From a virus, in the IMG/VR virus record IMGVR_UViG_3300044641_002725: DNA of 64,000 bases; one strand, written 5' to 3'. Position 1 is the first letter of the stretch. Each line of letters starts with the position of its first letter. A program made the translations under genes and the position numbers. Under the pieces are notes generated by a model. It did no database searches. It saw only the letters and a list, made by a program, of their open reading frames with translations, and was not told where the DNA came from. Positions 8,104 through 16,737 of the stretch are shown in pieces.

Positions 8104-8268
8104 ATGCGTGGTTCTATTATAATGCTTGTTAGTTTTCTAATTATCTTTGGTGCCGTTGGTGGTATCGAAGTGAATCCCGATGCTGACTTGTTGACTTTAA
8201 TAATGGTTGCGATTGGCGGTCTAATCGGCATGTTGATTGGTGTTAGTGTAATTCGTGAGGATGCATAA
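8104..8268 (+). CDS. Small 2-TM membrane protein (54 aa; not in ORF track)
   Basis: MRGSIIMLVSFLIIFGAVGGIEVNPDADLLTLIMVAIGGLIGMLIGVSVIREDA; first ORF after promoter 3. Confidence 0.7.
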   Translation: MRGSIIMLVSFLIIFGAVGGIEVNPDADLLTLIMVAIGGLIGMLIGVSVIREDA

Positions 8269-8456
8269 TGAGCGAAATTGAAATTGAAATTAATGAACTG
8301 CTGGATACAACAGTTATGCTTTGTGAAGAAATTGCAGAGCAAGTTGGTTGCCCAGTTGAATTCGTTGAAGTTATAATGCAAAGACGTTGGGATAATTTAC
8401 TTTTTTCTAACGATGATTTTATGAATGGTTACGATATGGCAAAGGAGAATGCATAA
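8268..8456 (+). CDS. Hypothetical acidic protein
   Basis: TAATG coupling, GAGG SD. Confidence 0.7.
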   Translation: MSEIEIEINELLDTTVMLCEEIAEQVGCPVEFVEVIMQRRWDNLLFSNDDFMNGYDMAKENA

Positions 8457-8839
8457 TGGGTACTCGATCTTTAACTTTTGTGTACGATGGCGATGTGCCA
8501 GTAATTAATATTTATCGGCAATATGATGGTTATCCATCTTGCCATGGCCATGAACTTGCTCAGTTTTTGGATTCTAAAACCCTTGTCAATGGCTTTGGTG
8601 AACAGAATTCTTTTGATGCCAATGGCATGGGATGTTTGGCTGCCCAATTGATTGTTCAATTGAAACATGGCGTTGGTGGAATTTATATTTATCCTGTTAG
8701 CAGTACGGATTGCTTTCAAGATTATGAGTACCATGTGTATGAAGACAAAGTGATTGTGAAGAATCCAACTGCGGTGATTTTTGAAGGTACGTGGGAAGAC
8801 TTTGCACAATTTTGTTTAGATCCAATTTCTGCGGAGTGA
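8456..8839 (+). CDS. Conserved hypothetical phage protein (MGTRS...YDGYP family)
   Basis: MGTRS, YRQYDGYP..HG and YEY motifs. Confidence 0.75.
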   Translation: MGTRSLTFVYDGDVPVINIYRQYDGYPSCHGHELAQFLDSKTLVNGFGEQNSFDANGMGCLAAQLIVQLKHGVGGIYIYPVSSTDCFQDYEYHVYEDKVIVKNPTAVIFEGTWEDFAQFCLDPISAE

Positions 8840-8841
8840 AC

Positions 8842-9063
8842 ATGACTGGCTTTCAAAGCAAACGAAAAATGGCAGAAGACAGATTCAAAGTTTATTGTGA
8901 GTGGTGCCACGATTGGCACTACACCGATGAAGTTGACATTTTAAATGTTGAAGAAGACATTGAAGGTCGAGATGTGGCGCATTTTGAGTGCGGACAACCT
9001 CCTTCATGGAACGAAGATATTTCACGATACGATGGTACCTCCTCACTTGTTTATAAGGAATAA
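8842..9063 (+). CDS. Hypothetical protein, CxxC
   Basis: GGAG SD, ATG 8842. Confidence 0.65.
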   Translation: MTGFQSKRKMAEDRFKVYCEWCHDWHYTDEVDILNVEEDIEGRDVAHFECGQPPSWNEDISRYDGTSSLVYKE

Positions 9064-9066
9064 ATT

Positions 9067-9300
9067 ATGTTACTCGCAAAACCAAAACTAACAAACACAC
9101 TCGACTCTAAGCAATTCAAATCTTTTGCCGAATGCCAAGATTACCTTGAATTATATACCGAGATTAAAATGCCTCTTGTTGAATGGATCGCACTAGGTAA
9201 GATTCTTGTTGCAGAAACAATGACAACACCAGAATTCTATCCAAAGAAAGTGAAGGATAAAATTGTTATGACTAAATTTGACATTGAGGAATTTGTATGA
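9067..9300 (+). CDS. Hypothetical protein
   Basis: AAGGA SD. Confidence 0.65.
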   Translation: MLLAKPKLTNTLDSKQFKSFAECQDYLELYTEIKMPLVEWIALGKILVAETMTTPEFYPKKVKDKIVMTKFDIEEFV

Positions 9301-9458
9301 TGAACAAATGTAGTGTTTGTGATTGTGCATTTACAGATGACGAAGGCGGTATACACGGCTACTTTGGTATGCTGAGTGTATCATTCTGCCCAACTTGTTT
9401 TAGTTGTATGTGTGATATGGTGAATCAGGTAACACAAGAGTTTGGAGAAGAACAATGA
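9297..9458 (+). CDS. Small Zn-finger-like protein (53 aa; not in ORF track)
   Basis: MMNKCSVCDC...FCPTCFSCMC; ATGA overlaps at both ends. Confidence 0.65.
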   Translation: MMNKCSVCDCAFTDDEGGIHGYFGMLSVSFCPTCFSCMCDMVNQVTQEFGEEQ

Positions 9459-9972
9459 CAAACGATTTAAAATTTACCACCGCAGAAGACTATATGAATG
9501 AGACTATTATTATTGAAGATACTATCAGCAGAAATAAAAAATTTCAAGAAGAAAGAGAGTTGAGAGTAAATAATTTAAAAAAAGCAAAAGCGCCTGTTGA
9601 ATTGATCGAATATGAAGAAATGATTTCAAAAATGACTTTAGCAGAATATAAAAACTACTGTCATCAATATGAAGAAGAAGATAAAAAAAATAAATTAGAA
9701 TATTCTAAAAATAATCCTATTCAAAAATCTATAGTTGATGAAATTTATGATAGGGAAAGTAAATTAAAATATGATTACTGGGCTTATTCATCTAATGCTC
9801 GTTGGCTAATGGCTATTGATCCTTTGGGTTTTATGAGCGGAGAAGATTTTGAAAATGATTTGTATATAACTTTTTTAGAACATGCTAAAGAAATTTACAA
9901 AGATAGATTTAAAGAAGAGTTTGAAAAAGAAGATAGATTTGAAGAAGAGTTTGGAGAAGAATAATGACCAAC
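9436..9972 (+). repeat. 28-bp direct repeat pair (9436-9463 and 9945-9972, 26/28 identical)
   Basis: AAGAGTTTGGAGAAGAA(C/T)AATGAC(A/C)AAC. Confidence 0.85.
9455..9964 (+). CDS. AT-rich hypothetical protein flanked by direct repeats
   Basis: 169-aa ORF; 28-bp direct repeats at both ends. Confidence 0.7.
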   Translation: MTNDLKFTTAEDYMNETIIIEDTISRNKKFQEERELRVNNLKKAKAPVELIEYEEMISKMTLAEYKNYCHQYEEEDKKNKLEYSKNNPIQKSIVDEIYDRESKLKYDYWAYSSNARWLMAIDPLGFMSGEDFENDLYITFLEHAKEIYKDRFKEEFEKEDRFEEEFGEE

Positions 9973-10188
9973 TCATCAACAGGAATAACTGGATTTATTG
10001 AAATCTTTGAAGGTCGGTTGAATAAGATGAAGTTGCACCTTAAAGAAGAATTAACTAAAACCAAACACGATAGAGACCGTAAAGCAATACGCAGAATTAT
10101 TTCCGATGCTAGAAAACTTAACAAGACATTGAAAGAAATGCGTAATTCCAATACCAAACTGTGTCCACATTGCGGAGAGAAATTATGA
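9964..10188 (+). CDS. Hypothetical coiled-coil protein with C-terminal CPHCG
   Basis: ORF, GGAG SD. Confidence 0.7.
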   Translation: MTNSSTGITGFIEIFEGRLNKMKLHLKEELTKTKHDRDRKAIRRIISDARKLNKTLKEMRNSNTKLCPHCGEKL

Positions 10189-10385
10189 GTAGCGGACTTA
10201 TGCTTGACTATGATATTGCAGATAAAATTACCTTGCTGACTTTGCAAGATCAATTAAAATATTTGCGAAAAGAACTTGAAGATTATAAAGAAGGAAAATG
10301 GTTGCATCCAGAAGATGTTGTCAATAACGCTAAAATCATTGCGGCTTTAGAATTGTTGATTCCATACTACGGAGGAACCGTGTGA
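10185..10385 (+). CDS. Hypothetical protein
   Basis: ATGA overlap. Confidence 0.7.
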   Translation: MSSGLMLDYDIADKITLLTLQDQLKYLRKELEDYKEGKWLHPEDVVNNAKIIAALELLIPYYGGTV

Positions 10386-10507
10386 GTCCAATATTGCGTA
10401 ATCGATATGATGAATCCAAACGAAATGGTATAAACAAAAGATTCCGTTTCAAGGTTTGGTGTATTCGAACGTTTGGTTTTGTTGTAGGATTTATTACAGG
10501 AAAATAA
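10382..10507 (+). CDS. Small basic protein with hydrophobic C-terminus (41 aa)
   Basis: GGAGGA SD, GTGA overlap. Confidence 0.55.
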   Translation: MSPILRNRYDESKRNGINKRFRFKVWCIRTFGFVVGFITGK

Positions 10508-10609
10508 GATGGAGAAGACGCACCAGACCGCCGTTTGGACGTCTCTGGAGGTCCAGACGTACTCTAGCATCAAATTGGGTGAAAAAACAGTCCAAAACCC
10601 CTCCAATCT

Positions 10610-10671
10610 TGTTGTTTTTGTGCAACATTACCGAAAAAAGACTTGACAAGTTGCCATTTTCGTGCGATACT
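10610..10671 (+). promoter_or_regulatory. Early promoter 4
   Basis: TGTTG-N8-CAACA 10610-10627; TTGACA 10643; TGc-GATACT 10666. Confidence 0.7.
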
Positions 10672-10703
10672 GGATGTGTTAAGTGTGAAATTAAGAACTA
10701 ATT

Positions 10704-10877
10704 ATGAATATTGATTCGATAAACGCTGAATTACAGACTGTTGCTTTTATGCAACAAGAAGAACAAATTGACTTGACATACCAGGAGTTTCTTGATACAA
10801 TTAATGCTTACCACGATATGATGATGTATGAATCACAATCGTATGATCTTGATGTTTTTTATTATGGAGAAAATTGA
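10704..10877 (+). CDS. Small acidic hypothetical protein (57 aa)
   Basis: First ORF after promoter 4. Confidence 0.55.
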   Translation: MNIDSINAELQTVAFMQQEEQIDLTYQEFLDTINAYHDMMMYESQSYDLDVFYYGEN

Positions 10878-10879
10878 AT

Positions 10880-11293
10880 ATGGCTTACATGAACCAAGAA
10901 CGCAAAGCGAAAATCAAAGCAAGACTTGATGCCGCACTTAAAGGCACTGGTGTTAAGTATTCCTTGCGTTGCGATAGTCTCTCTATCACATGCACAATTA
11001 AGTCCGCACCTGTTGACTTTATTGCAAACGCAAATGAAACTTGCGGTCGTGACTCTTATCAAGTTGCACGTGGTTTTCAACCCAATAAAACTGGTTACGA
11101 TCAAGTGAACCATTACTATTATCAGGATCATTATTCTGGTAAAGCAAAAGAACTGATGACCAAAATCGTTACTGCGATTTATTCTGGTGATTATTATGAC
11201 CGTAGCGATGCGATGACGGATTATTTCGATACCGCTTACTATGCTCATATCAATGTTGGTAAGTGGGACAAACCTTTTGTCGTTACCGCTTGA
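10880..11293 (+). CDS. Conserved early phage protein (SDAMTDYF motif)
   Basis: GGAG SD; D.SD.MTDYF..AYY motif. Confidence 0.75.
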   Translation: MAYMNQERKAKIKARLDAALKGTGVKYSLRCDSLSITCTIKSAPVDFIANANETCGRDSYQVARGFQPNKTGYDQVNHYYYQDHYSGKAKELMTKIVTAIYSGDYYDRSDAMTDYFDTAYYAHINVGKWDKPFVVTA

Positions 11294-11318
11294 CAAACAC
11301 CCCATGGTGTGTTACCAT
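11290..11318 (+). promoter_or_regulatory. sigma70-like promoter
   Basis: TTGACA-N17-TACCAT. Confidence 0.6.
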
Positions 11319-11354
11319 GTATATCTTGATTAACTCTTTTTAAGGAAATTTATT

Positions 11355-11852
11355 ATGGCAAAATCAAATCGTTGGCAAAAAGCTATTGTCGTTCTTTCAC
11401 AGGGCGGCGTTTTTAGTGCAGAAAAACTTTGCGAAGAAATGGAATACGATTGCGTATACCGTGTTTCGAATGTGTTACTCGACACGAAAATCTTTGCTGG
11501 TGCTATCATCAAAAGCGTCCGTGATGGTCGCAAGGTAGTTGGTTACGAACTCGTCAACATTGACGAAATGAAACAACTGATTGCTAGTGGTGCATTCTCT
11601 GCGACGGCAACCAAAGCTGTTGCAAAGCCTAAGACTGCTACAGTTAAAACGGCTGTTGTTAAAGCTACAAAGCCTGTGAAAGCTAAGAAAGTTACTCCTG
11701 CGCCCGTTCGTGCTGGTGATTCCCTTGATGGAATTATGTCTGCAATGGCAAAGTCTTCTGCAAAGAAGCCCGTCAACCTGTTAGATGAAATCGATACAGA
11801 CGTTGAGGACTTTGAAGACCGCCAATTTGCTGAAGCATATATTCGAACATAA
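11355..11852 (+). CDS. Putative DNA-binding protein with K/A/T-rich histone-H1-like linker
   Basis: TAAGGA SD; wHTH-sized N-domain, AKPKTATVKTAVVKATKPVKAKK, acidic tail. Confidence 0.6.
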   Translation: MAKSNRWQKAIVVLSQGGVFSAEKLCEEMEYDCVYRVSNVLLDTKIFAGAIIKSVRDGRKVVGYELVNIDEMKQLIASGAFSATATKAVAKPKTATVKTAVVKATKPVKAKKVTPAPVRAGDSLDGIMSAMAKSSAKKPVNLLDEIDTDVEDFEDRQFAEAYIRT

Positions 11853-11865
11853 TTATTGGAGTGAT

Positions 11866-12024
11866 ATGGATGACCGTGTAGTAATAGAACGATACATCCT
11901 TGAAGCGTGGGATAAAGGCTTGACAGGTGCTGACGTTGTAAGATACGTCCAGTATATGTCAAGCATTCCTTCTTTTGAGATTGAACCTGTTTTACAAAAT
12001 TTAATTGCGAGAATGTCAGAATGA
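11866..12024 (+). CDS. Hypothetical protein
   Basis: GGAG SD. Confidence 0.65.
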   Translation: MDDRVVIERYILEAWDKGLTGADVVRYVQYMSSIPSFEIEPVLQNLIARMSE

Positions 12025-12143
12025 AATTTAGCATATATGAGAGATTGTTACACTATGATTGGTTTTATAAACTAATCCAGCATTTCACTCTTATGGAATA
12101 TTTTGTGTTTATCGTAGTGATTGGATTGTTTGTATGGTTGTAA
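12021..12143 (+). CDS. Small membrane protein (40 aa)
   Basis: ATGA overlap; C-terminal TM helix. Confidence 0.55.
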   Translation: MKFSIYERLLHYDWFYKLIQHFTLMEYFVFIVVIGLFVWL

Positions 12144-12649
12144 ATAAAATTTATCTAGACATGGATGGTGTGCTTTGTTCGTTCAATAGACGATACGAAG
12201 AACTATTCGGTGAAAGCCCTGGTAAATCTAGAGACAGAAAAAACTTCTCATCTAACTGGAAAAAATTCATTGAAGGTGAAAACTTTGCGACACTAGATTG
12301 GAATCCCGGTGGGCAAGAGTTGCTTGCTTACGTGCGAACTATTCCAAACATTGAAATTGAAATGTTAACTTCAAGTGGTGGGCAAGAACATCATACCGAA
12401 GTAGCAATTCAAAAAACACAATGGCTTTGCGAACATGGCATTTTATATAAACCAAATATTTGTCCTGGTAGTAGATTGAAAGCACAATATGCTCATCCGA
12501 CAATTATACTTGTTGATGACACCGATTATGTAATTGATGGCTTCGTCAAAGCTGGTGGAATTGGTATTCTACATAGTGATGTAAATGAAACAATATCTAA
12601 ACTTAAATTTTATTGTGAAGAATATGTTCTCCCACCTCACTCAGACTGA
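12134..12649 (+). CDS. HAD-family 5'(3')-deoxyribonucleotidase-like protein
   Basis: IYLDMDGVL, LTS, K, LVDD motifs. Confidence 0.8.
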   Translation: MVVNKIYLDMDGVLCSFNRRYEELFGESPGKSRDRKNFSSNWKKFIEGENFATLDWNPGGQELLAYVRTIPNIEIEMLTSSGGQEHHTEVAIQKTQWLCEHGILYKPNICPGSRLKAQYAHPTIILVDDTDYVIDGFVKAGGIGILHSDVNETISKLKFYCEEYVLPPHSD

Positions 12650-12657
12650 GAGTAAAA

Positions 12658-13527
12658 ATGAAGATTGCAATTGCATCCGATGTTCACCTTGAATTTGGTG
12701 ACTTGATTTTAAAGAACGAAGAAAACGCTGACGTACTAATACTGTCTGGCGATATCTGCGTTGCGGCTGATTTTCGTGATCCCGATATTTACAGTATGGT
12801 GCAAGGCGGTAAGACTCAACGTTATATTGAGTTTTTTACTCGCTGTGCGAATGAATTTTCCAAAGTGATTTATGTTGTTGGAAATCACGAACATTATCAT
12901 GGAGACTATGCTGAAACGTTTACGATTCTACGAAAGTACTTGGGACATATTGAGAACTTGCACATTCTTGATAAAGAGCATGTGACAATTGATGACGTAA
13001 CATTTATTGGTGGTACATTGTGGACCGACATGAATGCACAAGACCCGGTTACTCTTGCACACATCCGTGTTAAGATGAATGATTTTCGTCTTATTGAAAA
13101 TAGCAATGAAATGGTTTCATACCGAACATTCGATGTGAATGAAGAAGGTACAGAGATTCCTACGTTTCGTAAACGTCCCGCTAGGTTCACACCAGAAGAT
13201 ACTGTACAGGATCATAAAAAGATGTTAGAATACATTAATGTAACAAGTGAGCCTTTCGGTAAATATGTTGTTGTTGGTCACCATGCACCTAGCAAGGCAT
13301 CTACACATCCACGATATCAGACTGAAGTGATTGTGAATGGCGCATACAGTAGTCGTTTAGATCAATTCATTCTTGACAATCCACAAATCAAATTGTGGAC
13401 TCACGGACATACGCACGAAGAATTTGATTATATGATTGGCACTACTAGGGTTGTTTGCAATCCACGTGGATACATAAATTATGAAGACCGTGCTGAAGAC
13501 TTTAAACTAAAATACGTGGAGATTTAA
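12658..13527 (+). CDS. Calcineurin-like metallophosphoesterase
   Basis: SDVHLE, GD, GNHEHY, HHAP, HGHTH. Confidence 0.9.
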   Translation: MKIAIASDVHLEFGDLILKNEENADVLILSGDICVAADFRDPDIYSMVQGGKTQRYIEFFTRCANEFSKVIYVVGNHEHYHGDYAETFTILRKYLGHIENLHILDKEHVTIDDVTFIGGTLWTDMNAQDPVTLAHIRVKMNDFRLIENSNEMVSYRTFDVNEEGTEIPTFRKRPARFTPEDTVQDHKKMLEYINVTSEPFGKYVVVGHHAPSKASTHPRYQTEVIVNGAYSSRLDQFILDNPQIKLWTHGHTHEEFDYMIGTTRVVCNPRGYINYEDRAEDFKLKYVEI

Positions 13528-13952
13528 TGGAAGACGATCCTATTGACTTTGAAAATTCACACCCAGATATGGAAAAGATTATTGAATCCGATAAACTTTT
13601 GCCAGTAACAAAATCGGTAGCAAAAATGCTGATGCGTAATCCGTACACATCATTGGGTAGATTCTTTAAAAAACTTTCTAATGAAAATTTAGAAATACTA
13701 ATGGAAATAATTGACGAAGGTGATAGTGAATTCAATGAACGCATGGAAGACATTGTGTTAATGACAGAAATGTTATCCCGTGCTGAAGGTGTGCCAAGCC
13801 AATCTGTTGAAGAGATTACCGAAAATGTAAATTACTTTGGTGCATGTATTACCTGTGTTTCACTTGCACGAAAGGGTCTTGTTCGTGTATACTATGATAA
13901 CATGTCGTTTGGTACTGACAATGGCGATAAAATAATTGTGGAGAAAATATGA
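13527..13952 (+). CDS. Hypothetical protein
   Basis: TAATG coupling. Confidence 0.7.
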   Translation: MEDDPIDFENSHPDMEKIIESDKLLPVTKSVAKMLMRNPYTSLGRFFKKLSNENLEILMEIIDEGDSEFNERMEDIVLMTEMLSRAEGVPSQSVEEITENVNYFGACITCVSLARKGLVRVYYDNMSFGTDNGDKIIVEKI

Positions 13953-14170
13953 AAACTTATGATACTTTTGAAAACGTTGATAGCATGGCACCATGCATGA
14001 AACGTCCTATTGTTATCAATGCTAAACGTATTGACGAAGATTTTCGTGTGAATACTTTAGAAGGTAATTACAAGCAAGGCAAAGCTGGTGATTATCTTAT
14101 GAAAGGTATTGACGGAGAACTTTATATTTGTGATGGCCCTATTTTTGAAAAGACTTACGATTTCGTATGA
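13949..14170 (+). CDS. PGDYG-like small protein
   Basis: TLEG....AGDYLMKGIDGELY.C...IFEKTY. Confidence 0.7.
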   Translation: MKTYDTFENVDSMAPCMKRPIVINAKRIDEDFRVNTLEGNYKQGKAGDYLMKGIDGELYICDGPIFEKTYDFV

Positions 14171-14739
14171 ACATCTTCTATCTTAATCACGAACCAAAAG
14201 TCTGTGCTGAAATGCACTTAGACAAACATGTTGTTAAAATGATTATTGAGTATGCACAACTCATGTCTACCGCACACCGTGTTCTTGATGGTGAAAAGTA
14301 TATTGATAAGACTGCGAACAATCGTAACATTCAACGTTGGCGCATGAAAAACGAAATCATTGAACACAGCTTGATGAAAGCATCACACGTTAATCATCCG
14401 TCAAATATATGGGTTCGTGCAAGCAAACAAAACTATGTGTGGCTGTATCAAATGTGGACTCACTTATTGGCTGAGTATACACATCGATATGGCAAACATC
14501 ATGCATGTGAAAAATATGCAAAATACCTTCGTATGCCTCCAGAGAACATTGCTGACATTCCATTTACAGAGCCTACACCTGCGATGCCTGATATCTACAA
14601 AGTGACGAATGATTCTATTCGTTCGTATCAAAATTACTATATACATGATAAGAGTAGATTTGCAAAATGGAAAAACAGAGAAACCCCAAAATGGTTCTCA
14701 TACGGAGTAAACAATGCCGACATACAACTTCATCAATAA
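14167..14739 (+). CDS. Pyrimidine-dimer DNA glycosylase (DenV-like) family protein
   Basis: MNIFYL...DKHVVKMIIE.AQL.STAH, H.NHPS..W. Confidence 0.75.
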   Translation: MNIFYLNHEPKVCAEMHLDKHVVKMIIEYAQLMSTAHRVLDGEKYIDKTANNRNIQRWRMKNEIIEHSLMKASHVNHPSNIWVRASKQNYVWLYQMWTHLLAEYTHRYGKHHACEKYAKYLRMPPENIADIPFTEPTPAMPDIYKVTNDSIRSYQNYYIHDKSRFAKWKNRETPKWFSYGVNNADIQLHQ

Positions 14740-14950
14740 AGATACAGGTGAAATAACAGAAAAATTCTTTAGTATTAGTGTTAGAGAAGAATACTTAAAA
14801 GACAATCCACAACTCGAATCTATTTTATTAGGGGCGCCATCAATTGGCGACCCTATTCGTTTAGGCATTCGAAAGCCAGATAATGGATTTAGAGAAGTCC
14901 TTTCAAAAGCAAAAGAAGCGCATCCTTTAGGAAATGTTAACACATTCTAA
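14714..14950 (+). CDS. FmdB-like small protein of T4-like phages (Cys ligands absent)
   Basis: MPTY.F.N..TGE start; typical position upstream of phoH. Confidence 0.65.
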   Translation: MPTYNFINKDTGEITEKFFSISVREEYLKDNPQLESILLGAPSIGDPIRLGIRKPDNGFREVLSKAKEAHPLGNVNTF

Positions 14951-14952
14951 TA

Positions 14953-15771
14953 ATGGCGACACATAAAAATACTACAACATCAAGAAGGGCACCCATGGCA
15001 AGAAAACCCGCTGTATCTAAGTCGGCAAATACCGAACCAGAATTTCAAACCCCTCCTAAATTAAAATCAGTCAATAACACACTTAGACTTAGACTAGATG
15101 ATTTAAAAACTTTTGATCCGTTAACAGACAATCAAAAACTTTTTTTCGATGCATATAAACGTGGAGACTATTTCGTAGCACTTCATGGTGTAGCGGGTAC
15201 AGGTAAAACATTTTGTGCGCTATACAAAGCAATTGAAGAAGTAATGGACAAATCAAATCCATTTGATAAAATTATTGTGGTGCGATCCGCAGTACAGAGC
15301 CGAGAAATAGGACATTTACCTGGTGATGTAAATGAGAAGATGGAAATTTATCAACAACCATATCGTCAAATCTGCGACACCCTTTTTGGTCGCAAAGATG
15401 CATGGGATAGATTAGAAGAACAAGGACACATTGAGTTTATCTCCACATCATTCATTCGTGGTATGTCATTTGATGATGCTATCATTATCGTTGATGAAAT
15501 GCAAAATATGACATTTGAAGAGATCGATACTGTTATGACAAGGGTTGGCTATCGTTCTAAAATTATTTGGTGTGGTGACTATAGACAAACCGACTTGAAT
15601 AAAAAGAAGAATGATGTATCAGGTATTCTTAAATTCTTTGACATTGCATATCACATGAATGCATTTACAAAGATTGAATTTACTGTAGATGATATCGTTC
15701 GTTCTTCATTGGTAAAAGATTATATTTTGGCGAAGTTGCAACATGAAGACGGAGTAGATACTGCTAAATAA
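14953..15771 (+). CDS. phoH: PhoH family protein (alternative start 14995)
   Basis: GVAGTGKT, IGHLPG, RGMSFDD, DEMQN, GDYRQ.D. Confidence 0.93.
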   Translation: MATHKNTTTSRRAPMARKPAVSKSANTEPEFQTPPKLKSVNNTLRLRLDDLKTFDPLTDNQKLFFDAYKRGDYFVALHGVAGTGKTFCALYKAIEEVMDKSNPFDKIIVVRSAVQSREIGHLPGDVNEKMEIYQQPYRQICDTLFGRKDAWDRLEEQGHIEFISTSFIRGMSFDDAIIIVDEMQNMTFEEIDTVMTRVGYRSKIIWCGDYRQTDLNKKKNDVSGILKFFDIAYHMNAFTKIEFTVDDIVRSSLVKDYILAKLQHEDGVDTAK

Positions 15772-15800
15772 AATATCATTATAACAACAGGATTACTAAA

Positions 15801-16490
15801 GTGAAATTTAAACACATTGGATGCGACATTGACTATGATTTGGAAACCGAAACAATAAACGGCAAACGATTCTACAAGACACCAGAGGGATTACTATATC
15901 CTTCTGTGACTACTATTACATCCCAACATGGCAAAGATAAAATCCTTGAATGGAGAAAACGTGTGGGTGAAGAAGAAGCGAATCGTATTTCAACTAAAGC
16001 ATCCAATCGTGGGACTAAAGTACACAAGATTTGTGAAAACTATTTGAACAATGAAGAAGATTATGCTCGTACAAATCCAGCGCATATCCACAAGACAATG
16101 CCAGATACTATTGCTATGTTCAAATCGTTACAACCTCTATTGGATGAACACGTAAACAACATTCACGCATTAGAAATTCCTTTGTATTCTCATCATCTAA
16201 AAGTTGCTGGTAGAGTTGACTGTATTGCAGAGTATGATGGTAAACTGTCTATCATCGATTTTAAAACTTCAGGCAAGTTAAAAGAAGAGAGTTGGATTAA
16301 AGGATACTTTATGCAATGTTCTGCTTATGCAGTCATGTATGAAGAACGAACTGGAATACCAGTATCACAAATTGTAATTATGATTGCCGTTGACTCTGAA
16401 TACCCACAAGTGTTCATCAAAAAACGCAATGATTACATCAAAGATTTTATATCTTACCGTGAAGCATATGATGCTGTATTGATTGACTAA
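15801..16490 (+). CDS. PD-(D/E)xK exonuclease
   Basis: YPSVTT, RGT.VH, AGRVDCIAE, IIDFKTS, Q..AYA. Confidence 0.88.
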   Translation: MKFKHIGCDIDYDLETETINGKRFYKTPEGLLYPSVTTITSQHGKDKILEWRKRVGEEEANRISTKASNRGTKVHKICENYLNNEEDYARTNPAHIHKTMPDTIAMFKSLQPLLDEHVNNIHALEIPLYSHHLKVAGRVDCIAEYDGKLSIIDFKTSGKLKEESWIKGYFMQCSAYAVMYEERTGIPVSQIVIMIAVDSEYPQVFIKKRNDYIKDFISYREAYDAVLID

Positions 16491-16496
16491 ATAATA

Positions 16497-16562
16497 TTAT
16501 TGCTGTATGAAGCAAAGAGAAACAGGTTTTGGACGGGGGTGCGAATCCCCCCACCTCCACCA
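16497..16562 (+). ncRNA. ssrA: Two-piece (permuted) tmRNA, acceptor piece (5' end approximate)
   Basis: GGAC-GGGGG-TGCGAAT-CCCCC-CACCTCC-A-CCA; follows an ACTAAATA late-type promoter. Confidence 0.88.
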
Positions 16563-16572
16563 AAAGTAAATT

Positions 16573-16725
16573 ATGAAATATAAAATTGTAGTAAAAACTG
16601 GCGACAAAACTTTCGTAAAAGATGTAAGTAAGAGTAAAGAACATTTGCTTGTTAAAGCAGAAAGTCTTTCTAAAAAACATCCGAAATGGAAAGTATATGT
16701 TGTTGCAGAAAATACAATTATATAA
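16573..16725 (+). CDS. 50-aa basic ORF inside the tmRNA intervening segment
   Basis: MKYKIVVKTGDKTFVKDVSKSKEHLLVKAESLSKKHPKWKVYVVAENTII fills nearly the whole IVS. Confidence 0.55.
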   Translation: MKYKIVVKTGDKTFVKDVSKSKEHLLVKAESLSKKHPKWKVYVVAENTII

Positions 16726-16737
16726 TTTATTTTTGAT

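Noticed and set aside
6306-10671. Repeated intergenic motifs as a CRISPR array
   Set aside because: Copies are hundreds to thousands of bases apart, separated by genes, and contain -35/-10 boxes
10456-10701. 81-aa Arg-rich ORF
   Set aside because: Spans the intergenic repeat and promoter block, has no SD and overlaps a better-supported small ORF
16531-16562. Isolated tRNA 3' fragment as an attP or integration scar
   Set aside because: It pairs exactly with the downstream GGGGGTG and no other 3' end follows the tag, so it is the acceptor piece of a permuted tmRNA; no integrase in the window
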